From a virus: a DNA stretch of 64,000 nucleotides. The stretch spans positions 1 through 64,000 of the IMG/VR virus record IMGVR_UViG_3300018080_000118. The stretch is one strand, 5' to 3'. Under the pieces are notes generated by a model. That model searched no databases. It was not told the origin of the DNA and worked only from the letters and a program-made list of their open reading frames with translations. Position numbers and translations under genes: made by a program. This document shows, piece by piece, positions 48,061 through 57,500 of this stretch; the first letter of the stretch is position 1, and the number at the start of each line of letters is the position of its first letter.

Positions 48061-48676
48061 ACTGTTCACGGAACGCTTCGTACCTCCCAAGGTCTATGTA
48101 GGCGTTCTGTCCAAGATGCTCGGCGGCCTGTGGCCTACATGGGAGCCGGAGACGATCTGGGCGGACATTCGTGATGAGGCCGGCGTGGACGTGTCGGACG
48201 AGGTTCGGGACAAGATCAATGCCCTGCGCCTCCTGCTCACCACAGATAACTTCTGGGAGGAGTTCACCGTCTTCGAGAACGTGATCCTCGCCTTCAATGA
48301 TCGGCATGTCGACCCGTCGTACGTCCAGGTGTGTCTCCCGCAGGAGCTTGCCTACGGCTTGACCGTGGCTGGCTCGATCAAGGTAAAGCCCTTCTCTTCC
48401 GAGATCATCAACTATATCCGGGCGTGCTGTACGCAGGACGGCCTCGTGGTGTATCCAAACATTTTTTCCTTTGCTCAGCCGCGCTTCGAAGATCCAACTC
48501 TCCGTGAGCTCGTCCATGACACGCAGAAGGTGTGGGATGCTCAACGGTTTGCCCAGCTGCGCGTACCTCCCGGGGAGGAAGAAGACGCAGTGGTGGTGCA
48601 GGTCGCGAAGCTCCACGACATCGACGTGTACGTGAAGGAGCGGCTTGACAAGGGATTGAGCCTGAAGCTAGCATGA
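48038..48676 (+). CDS. hypothetical protein
   Basis: GTG start with AAGGA SD; overlaps both neighbours. Confidence 0.7.
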   Translation: MAVISTPKLFTERFVPPKVYVGVLSKMLGGLWPTWEPETIWADIRDEAGVDVSDEVRDKINALRLLLTTDNFWEEFTVFENVILAFNDRHVDPSYVQVCLPQELAYGLTVAGSIKVKPFSSEIINYIRACCTQDGLVVYPNIFSFAQPRFEDPTLRELVHDTQKVWDAQRFAQLRVPPGEEEDAVVVQVAKLHDIDVYVKERLDKGLSLKLA

Positions 48677-48906
48677 ATCTGTTCTTCAATAGTTTCGCGG
48701 ATGAGATGGTGAAGCTTGCTAAGCTTCCTCACGGAAGCGCTGACGAAGCTTCCAAGGCGAAGACCAAGAAGAAGGAGCAACAAGACGACGAGCTTCGTCG
48801 CTGGGTCATGGCTATTAGGGACGCGGCCGAACAGAAACTGAAAGAGACCGCCTCCCCGGCTGGTCGTCGTCGCGCTATGCAGCGCAGAATGATGTGGGGT
48901 AGCTAG
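48673..48906 (+). CDS. small protein with N-terminal FFNSFADEMVKLA motif
   Basis: ATGA overlap; carries the shared motif. Confidence 0.7.
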   Translation: MNLFFNSFADEMVKLAKLPHGSADEASKAKTKKKEQQDDELRRWVMAIRDAAEQKLKETASPAGRRRAMQRRMMWGS

Positions 48907-50831
48907 TGTCAATACAAGGCGCAAAGTCGGCATCGAGGTTCGGGCACAAGTCCCTGATGACTTACCCGCACCCCTCCTTCGATCTCTCGTCGGCGTATAT
49001 CCCGCCGTCGATGAAGGAGCTGTACAGGTGGTGCCTCTTCCTGTACATGACGCACTCCGAGATCAAACCCATCATCAAGAAGAAGGTGGCGTACGTTCAG
49101 ACGCCCATTATCTACGACGGGGAAGATGCAGACATCAAGATCTGGAAGGATGTGCTGGAGCGCACCATCAACATCAAGCGTGTTGAGATGGGGGCGCTCA
49201 TAGACGTTGGTGTCTTCGGCGTGGCCTATCTATCCCTCTACTATCCTTTCGAGCGTTACCTCGTCTGCCCGTCGTGCGGCGAGAAGAAGTCCCTCAAGGC
49301 CCTCAAGGATTGGAAGTACGAGCACCACCAGTGGATGTCCGAGTGCCCCGAGTGCGACTACAAGGGAGAGTTCAAGTCCGAGACCAAGCACGTGAAGAAT
49401 CGGTCTCGGGTCAAGATTATCCGCTGGCGACCGATGGACATCGAGGTCGAAGCCAATCCTTGGACGGGGTACAAGCAGTACACCTATCGTGTTCCTCGTG
49501 CCCTTCGCAAGAAGGTCGAGGATCCCAACAAGAACCGGGTTCTGGTCGAGACCACGCCGGATGAGCTCCTGCTGGCGATCAAGAAGAAGCAGAACTTCCT
49601 GCTGGATTCCGAGCAGCTCTTTGTGTTCGAGGAGCTATCTCCCTCTGCCGAGGATGACAGCTTCCCGATCCCTCCGCTCCTCCACGTGTTCAAGGATTCG
49701 TGGCTGTTCCAGACGCTGCGCCGCGCCCAGGAGGCGATCAGCGTGGAGCACATCCTTCCGCTGACCGTCCTCATTCCGGCCCCGACGCAGGCTGGTGTGT
49801 CTCCCCACCAGAACTACGATCTAGGTACGTGGCAGACGCACATGAATCAGATGGTGCGTACGTGGCGTAGAGATCCCAACGCCATCTACACCGCGCCTTT
49901 CCCGGCTACAGTCGAGAACATCCGTGGAGACGCGCAGGCCCTGAACGTGTTCAGAGACATGGAGATGGTCAGGCAGCAGATCGCTGCTGGGCTGGACGTC
50001 CCCATCGAGTTCATCATGGGGAACCTGAACTGGACCGGGGCCTCCGTCTCTCTGCGTGTCCTGGAGAACCTCTTTCTGAACATGATCGAGGATCTCGAAC
50101 GCTTCGAGCAGACCTTCGTCATCCCTAAGCTGCGCCGCCATCTTCGCCTGCCGAAAATCGACATCCGCCACCAGGACTTCAAGATGGCGGACGATGCCCA
50201 GCAGAAGCAGATCGCTCTGTCTCTGCGGCAGACCAACACCATCTCCGACCGCACCACTATCGACGAGCTCGGCTTCGAGAACGAGGAAGAGGAGAAGCGC
50301 AAGAAAGTGGAGGCGGGGGAGCGCCTCAAGGAGATGCGGACTATGCAGATCCAGCAGGCGAAGATCCAGGCCGAGGTGCTGCTCATCAACACGAAAGCGC
50401 AGGTCGATGCCCAGAAGATTCAGTTCGAGGCGCAGCAGGAGATGCAGGAGACCGCACAGGCCAAGCAGCAACAGGCCCAGCAGCAGCAGTTCGAGCAGCA
50501 ACAGGTCCAGCAGCAGCAGGCTGTGGACGCGCAGCAGGCGCAGGTGGCGCAGACGGTACAGACCGCCGTCGACGCTCAGAAATCATCTGAGGGTAACGGG
50601 AAGGCCGTCCCTGGCCTCACACACCCCCAGCTTCTGGGCAACATGGTCGAGCGCTTCATGAAGGACGTTCCTGATCACATGAAGGACCAGGAGCTCATGA
50701 TGATCGAGGAGACGAACAAGCCCTTGGCCCGCGCACTGAAGCGCCGGCAGCGACTGATCGAAGCCTCGGTCAAGAGCATCGTACCGCTGCCCGAGCAGAA
50801 ACCACCTCGGAGGGAGGCCGCGACTATCTGA
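48906..50831 (+). CDS. portal-like protein with inserted Zn ribbon and Gln-rich C-terminal extension
   Basis: Portal-like organisation (..IAAGLDVPIEFIMG...ASVSLR, ISDRTTIDELGF); CPSC/CPEC insert; near the terminase. Confidence 0.6.
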   Translation: MSIQGAKSASRFGHKSLMTYPHPSFDLSSAYIPPSMKELYRWCLFLYMTHSEIKPIIKKKVAYVQTPIIYDGEDADIKIWKDVLERTINIKRVEMGALIDVGVFGVAYLSLYYPFERYLVCPSCGEKKSLKALKDWKYEHHQWMSECPECDYKGEFKSETKHVKNRSRVKIIRWRPMDIEVEANPWTGYKQYTYRVPRALRKKVEDPNKNRVLVETTPDELLLAIKKKQNFLLDSEQLFVFEELSPSAEDDSFPIPPLLHVFKDSWLFQTLRRAQEAISVEHILPLTVLIPAPTQAGVSPHQNYDLGTWQTHMNQMVRTWRRDPNAIYTAPFPATVENIRGDAQALNVFRDMEMVRQQIAAGLDVPIEFIMGNLNWTGASVSLRVLENLFLNMIEDLERFEQTFVIPKLRRHLRLPKIDIRHQDFKMADDAQQKQIALSLRQTNTISDRTTIDELGFENEEEEKRKKVEAGERLKEMRTMQIQQAKIQAEVLLINTKAQVDAQKIQFEAQQEMQETAQAKQQQAQQQQFEQQQVQQQQAVDAQQAQVAQTVQTAVDAQKSSEGNGKAVPGLTHPQLLGNMVERFMKDVPDHMKDQELMMIEETNKPLARALKRRQRLIEASVKSIVPLPEQKPPRREAATI

Positions 50832-51172
50832 TGACGGCTCAACCGAAAAAGACCGGTGCCGAGATCAAGAGCCTCATCTCTCGCCTACAGCCTGCTCGTA
50901 AAACGCAGCTCCGTGTCTTTCGAGACGACGATGATGCTGCCCCAGGCTCCACCGTCAAGGTCATCCACAAGATCACCACGATCCAGCCAGATACGCGCAC
51001 CGGCGCGAAGACTTGGGAAGAGCTACACAACGACCCGAACATCGTGATCAACGCCGAGAAGGACTACATGAGCCACAAGGATGGGCTCAAGACGGTCATC
51101 CGGTACACGATCTACAAGCGGGAAGAGCCTCCACAGGACCCCGAAGATATGGCTGCCGACCTGCTCGGGTAA
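50831..51172 (+). CDS. hypothetical protein
   Basis: TGATG coupling with GGAGG SD. Confidence 0.7.
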   Translation: MTAQPKKTGAEIKSLISRLQPARKTQLRVFRDDDDAAPGSTVKVIHKITTIQPDTRTGAKTWEELHNDPNIVINAEKDYMSHKDGLKTVIRYTIYKREEPPQDPEDMAADLLG

Positions 51173-51218
51173 GGTCCCCGCGCTGTCTCCCTATCTCCAT
51201 GCGGTACGCCTTTTTATC

Positions 51219-51247
51219 TTCACTTCTAGAAAACTATGTCATATAAT
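51219..51247 (+). promoter_or_regulatory. putative sigma70-like promoter upstream of the RNAP region
   Basis: TTCACT-N17-TATAAT in an AT-rich gap. Confidence 0.5.
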
Positions 51248-51313
51248 AAAGGTAGAAGGAGACGACGATGATGCGAGAGATCGCTTACTTTGCCGCAGAA
51301 AAGTTAGGTAGGA

Positions 51314-51487
51314 ATGGAGATGATTACGATGGTAGCACATCTGCTGCAACACCATCCGGACGTGCTGTTCGACCGCACGCCCACTCCGATTCCATGTCCG
51401 TGCTGCGGGGACCTGTTGTTTCCTGCACCAGGCGGGCTGGTATGCGAGTGCGGCACCTACGTCGCAACACACAAAGTAGCAGCATGA
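51314..51487 (+). CDS. 57-aa Zn-ribbon protein
   Basis: ...PIPCPCCGDLLFPAPGGLVCECGTYV...; overlaps an alternative ORF, 51268..51525, in another frame. Confidence 0.5.
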   Translation: MEMITMVAHLLQHHPDVLFDRTPTPIPCPCCGDLLFPAPGGLVCECGTYVATHKVAA

Positions 51488-51547
51488 GTGACTTTCCGCT
51501 GAACTCAGTTAGAATTATCAGGTAATAACTGATGAGGCGGACGCTCC

Positions 51548-54500
51548 ATGTTCACAGCTACTGAAAGCTTCTCGGCTCTTCTGAACCGAGTGAAGGACCT
51601 CGTTGCCCGCACTTTTCCTGTAGAAGGCAAGAATCACACCGTCCGTGTGTCCAACCTTCGCTGGGAAAATGTCGACGCTAAGTTCTACAGCGATCCCGAT
51701 ATCCACAAGGAGTACAAGACCAAGGGTAAGACCCTGTCCGCGCGCCTCGTTGGGAATGTCAGCATCGTCGACAACAAGAGCCGAAAGGTCATCGCGCAGG
51801 AAAGCGGATACCCCCTTTCTCTCGTTCCACACATCACGAGCAAGCAAGCCTTCATCATCGGGGGCAAGGACGTCCAGGTGGTGAACCAGCTGCGCCTCAA
51901 GCCTGGCACGTACACCCGCTACATGGCCGACAACAACGTCGAGACCTTCATCAACACGCCGGGTGGCGGCTATCGGGTCCAGTTTGACCGCGAACGCAAG
52001 ATCTTCCGCGTGCGCGTCGGCCAGTCCACCTACGTCTACCTCTATCCCGTGCTGATGGGCATGGGTGTGCCTGAGGAACAGCTGCGCCGCATCTGGGGCA
52101 ACGAGATCCTCAACGTCAACCGGCAGTATAACCGGCCCGACGAGATGGCAAAGCTCTACCGCAAGTTGCGCCCGTATGCCCCGCAGCCCAAGGACAAGAC
52201 AGAGTTGGCCCAGGCTGTCATCTCGTTCTTCAAGTCGAAGCCTCTTGACCCCGACATCACCAAGCTGACCCTGGGCTCGCCCTACAAGCAGATCGAACCC
52301 AAGGTCTTGGTGGCGGCATCGGAGAAAGCCCTGAAGCTCGCGCAGGGCAAGGCGAAGGCAGACGACACGGAGAACTTGGCCTACAAGAGCATCCATTCCG
52401 TCGAGGACTTCATCCCGGAAAAGATCGAGAGAGCGGTGCCAGCCATTCGGCGCTCCATCGAGCGTGAGCTGAACAGGCGGCAGTTCATGTCCCGGAAGAA
52501 CAAGGTCATGGACGCGGTGCCTCCGTCACTCTTCACTACCCCCGTGCTCTCCTTTTTTACGCAGAGCGAGTTCACGCGGTACAGCGACCAGAACAACCCG
52601 CTGGACATGGCGTCGGTCAACGCCCTGACAACTACCTTGGGCGAGGGCGGCATCAGCTCGGTTCATGCTGTGACCGACAGGCTCCGCACCGTGCACCCAA
52701 GCCATGCAGGTGTGCTGGACCCTCTCGCCACGCCGGAAGGAACGCGTATCGGCATCACCGGCCACCTCTCCGCTGGTGCCCGAAAGATCGGCAACGATCT
52801 CGGCCTCCAGGTCATTGATCCGAAGACGGGCCGCGAGGTGACCAGGAAGATCTTCGACCTGGAAGACAAGGCGGTGGCTTTCTACGATCAGTACGACTTC
52901 CGTGGCAAGAAGCCGCGCCCGAAATCCCAGATGGTAAAGGCGCGTATCAAGGGAGAGCTGAAGGAGATCCCCTCTGGCCAGGTGGACTTCATCTTTGCCC
53001 ACCCATCTCGTTTCTTCGGCGTTGTCTCGAATGCCATCCCGTTCCTGCACACGAACAGCCCGAACCGCGCCCTCATGGCGGGCAGGCACCTGGAGCAGGC
53101 GGTCCCTCTGAAGAATCCCGACGTGCCCAGCGTGCAGGCGAAGTTCGGACGAAAAGGTTTCGAGACCACGACGGGGAAGCTGCTGGCATCCAAGTCTCCG
53201 GTCACCGGAATCGTCACGACAGTCAGAAAGAACGCCATCACGATCCGGGGAGACGATGGTAAGACCCACACCGTGAAGCTGCACGACCACTACCCGCTCA
53301 ACTCCAATGCGTTCCTGCACGAGCGGCCTATCGTGACCAAGGGCCAGCGCGTCAAGAAGGACCAGACGATCGCCGACTCTGACTTCACCCGGGATGGAGC
53401 CCTGGCGATGGGCAAGACGCTCAGAACAGCCTACATGCCGTACAAGGGCTATAACTTCGAAGACGGCGTGGTTGTCTCTGAGTCTGCTGCGAAGAAACTC
53501 ACCAGCGTGCACAAGCATGAGATCCGGCTCAACCTGGATCCCACGATCTCCGTGGGCCTCTCCAAGCTGCTGGCTCTGTTCCCGGCGTACAACGAAGGGC
53601 TGGATAGGTCCAAGTACGGGGCAAACGGTTTGGTGAAGAAGGGAACCGTTCTGCAGCCCGAGGAGCTCGTCATCCCTGCTGTCAGGAAGGTGAAGGTCCA
53701 CGAAGACTTCGACTACTCGAAACTGCACAAGGCCCTAAAGAACCAGTGGCTGGACGTCTCGATGAAGTGGGACGGGCATGGGCCAGCCGAAGTCGTCGAC
53801 GTGGTGAAGACCCGAGGATTCGTGTCGATCTACGTCAAGACTGATGAGCAGCTGGAGGTGGGGGACAAACTCTCCCATCGCGCCGGTGGCAAGGGCATTG
53901 TCACGGCCATCTTGCCGGACAACGAGATGTACCAGGACTCCAAGGGGAACGTCATCGACCTGCTCTACAACCCGGCCAGCGTGCTGGGGCGGGCGAACCC
54001 GGGCCAACTTCTCGAAGCGGCTGCCGGGAAGGTCTCCGAGAAGACGAAGACACCCTATCTGGTGGACAATTTCGACAAGCCTGGCGATGCGCTAAAAGAT
54101 GTCCAAGCAGCCATGCGGGCCGCTGGTGTCAAAGACACCGAGGAGATCTACGACCCCACCACCAACAAGAAGATCCCGAACATCAACGTCGGGAATGTGC
54201 ACTTCATCAAGCTGCGTCACCAGGTGTCCAAAAAGCTCTCTGCCCGAGGGAACGACTCCTACACCCATGACGAGACTCCCGCGAGAATCACGGGCAAGAA
54301 GGCCAACCCGCTGGCTATCGGGTCCATGGAGCTCTATTCCCTTCTGTCCGGGGGCGGCACCGCTTTTCTGCGGGACGCGTCCACGATCAAGTCCCAGAAG
54401 AATGACGAATACTGGCGAGCTGTCCAGCTTGGATTGCCGCTCCCACCAGTACGGACCCCTTTTGTGGTCGACAAGTTCACTACCTTCATGCGCGGTGCCG

Positions 54501-57500
54501 GCATCGACCTGAAGCAAGAGGGGACGAAGCTCAAGGCGCTCCCGCTCATCGACAAGGAGATCGCTATCCAGAGCAATGGCGAGATCAAGAGTCCTGGCGT
54601 TGTGAAGGCAAACGACTTGTCGCCTGAGAAGGGTGGTCTCTTCGACCGTGCAATTACTGGGGGCTATGACGGGAACTATTGGAACCATATCGAGCTGGAG
54701 AGCGAGATCCCCAACCCTCTGATGGACGACGCTATCGTCGGTGTGCTGGCACCGAGCATCAAGAAGAAGCAATTCAACCAGATCGTCAATGGCACCGTCT
54801 TCATCACGCCGGACGGTCGGCTCACCACTGAATCCAAGGGCAACAAGACGGGAGGCGCGGGACTCAAGATTCTTCTGAGCAAGATTAACGTCGATGCGGA
54901 GCTGAAGAAAGCTCGTAGAGACATCAAGAATCAGCGAGGTGCTCGGAGGAATGTCACAGCGAAAAGACTGCGGTTCCTGCGCGCACTCAAGCAGCTCGGC
55001 CTGAGTCCTGTCGAGGCCTACCTGAACAAGCACGTGCCTGTGATCCCTGCCAAGTTCCGGCCCATCTATCCAAACCCGGATGGCTCGCTCAACGTGTCGG
55101 ACCCTATTCACGGCTATCGCGAAGTCATCATGATCAACAACCAGATCAAGGACCTGAAGCGGTTCGGCGTGGACGACAAGAACCTTGCCCCTCTCCGCAC
55201 ACAGCTCTACGGGGCCGTCCGGGGTCTCGTTGGGCTACAGGAGCCGCTGACCAGGAACAAGAACTTCCGAGGCTTCCTGAGCACTATCAAGGGCAAGCAG
55301 AACAAGTTCGGTTTCTTCCAGGGGCGCGTGCTCAAGCGGCGTCAGGACCTCACCGGCCGCTCTACGATCATCCCCGATCCGAAACTCGGCATCGATCAGG
55401 TAAAGATCCCTGACGAGATGGCCTTCGTCATCTACAAGCCCTACATCATGCAGAAGCTCCGGGCTCTGGGCCACATGCCTCTGCGTGCCAGGGAGCTCAT
55501 CGAGAAGCGAGATCCCATCGCACGCTCTGCGTTGACCGAGGTCCTCAAAGAGAGGCCCGTCCTTCTGAACCGTGCACCGACGCTGCACAAGTTCGGCCTC
55601 CTCTCCTTCAAGCCTACGCTGACCTCTGGGAAGGCCATCAAGATCAATCCTCTGGTGGTCGGTGGCTTCAACGCGGACTTCGATGGCGACGCCATGCAGG
55701 TCCACGTTCCTGTGTCCGAGGAAGCTCGTCGCGAGGCGATGACCAAACTGCTGCCCAGCTCCAACCTATTCAGCCCGAGAGACGACACGCTTGTGCACGG
55801 TCCGTCGAAGGAGATGATCCTGGGCATCTACCTGATGACCACGCCGGAGGGAAAAGCTCTTCGAGCCAGGTCCGCCGCCGATGTCCTCGCCCGATACAAG
55901 TCGGGCAAGATCCAGGTCAATCAGGCCATGAAGGTAGGGGCGAAGACGATCTGTGCCGGACAGGTCATCTTCAATGAGGCGCTGCCCAAGGAAGTTCGTC
56001 CGGGCTATATCCCGATCGACAAGAAGAAGCTGATGCTCCTCCTGTCCGACCTCGCCAGGAAGAAACCACAGATCTCGGGTCAGGTCATCTCGAAGGTGAA
56101 GGATCTCGGGAACAAATACGTTACCGAGGTGGGCTTCTCTGTCGGGCTCAAGGATCTGGAGTTCCCGTACGCTGACCGAGATAAGATCCTGGCCCAGGCA
56201 GCAAAGGTGTCCAAGCGAGTAGGCTTCGCCAAGGCCTATGCAGCGGCTGGCGACAAGCTCGAAGCCCACATGAAGAAGAAGCTCGCCAAGAGCAACCGCT
56301 TCGTGGTGGGGGCCACAACGTCGGGTGCCTTCGGGAAGCCGAACCAGGTGATGCAAACGATCGCCTCTCCGGTAGCCGTGACCGATCATGAGGGAAAGGT
56401 AATCCCCATTCCCATCAAGAAGTCTCTGGCGGAGGGGCTGGACATTGGTAGTTACTGGTCGATCATCCCGGGCTCCAGAAAGGGCCTCGTGGACAAGGGC
56501 CTTTCTACGGCGGATACCGGGGCCTTTGGCAAGATGCTCATCGCAGCCACGGTGGACACCATGGTATCCATGCGTGACTGCGGAACTCGCGAAGGCATCA
56601 CGCTCCCGATCACGGACCAGGACGCCCTGGATCGTGTTGTGGCGAAGGGGGCGTACCGGGGCAAGGTCACTACTCCGGCCCTGATCCGAACACTGAAAGC
56701 TCGCGGAAAGAAGACCATCGATGTGCGGTCGCCCCTTCACTGCAAGGCGCAGCGCGGCATCTGCGCGAAGTGTTTCGGTCTTCTGGAGAATGGGCAATTC
56801 CCGTCCATCGGATACCATATTGGAACCCTCGCCGGTCAGACCATCGCCGAGCCTATGACGCAGCTCACCCTTCGAGCTTTCCATACCGGCGGTACAATCG
56901 GCGGGGGCACCGTGGGCTTTCCTCGCCTCAAGCAGATCCTGGAGATGCCTACCAACGTGCGAGGAAAGGCGACGCTGGCTAAGGTCGATGGCAAGGTCTC
57001 CAACGTCAAGAAGTCTGCCGCAGGTGGTTGGGAGGTCACGATCGACTCTATGGCCCACTTCGTGCCGCAGGAGCAGGGGCTCGGTGTGCGCATCGGAAGT
57101 CGGGTCAAGGCAGGAGACAAGATCTCGCTCGGCGGTGTGGTGAAGCCCCAGGAGTTGCTGGAGGCTACCAACGACATCCGCAAGGTGCAGGACCACATCA
57201 TCGGGGATATCAACAACGAGGTGTTTGGCCCCTCAGGTATCCGGGTCAAACGGAAGATCCTTGAGACCGCCATCCAGCCCATGACCAATAGGGCCGAAGT
57301 GACAGATCCCGGCGACGGAGACGTTGCCTTCGGGGTACACACAGGAGACGTCGTACAGCTCAACAAGCTCGACAGCATGAACAGGAAGCTAAAGGCCAAG
57401 AAGAAGAACCTCATCCAGTACATCCCAGCGCTCCTGTCCATACGGAAAGTTCCTCAGTATCACGACGACTTCATCGGGCAGCTCGTTGCCGAGAGGCCCC

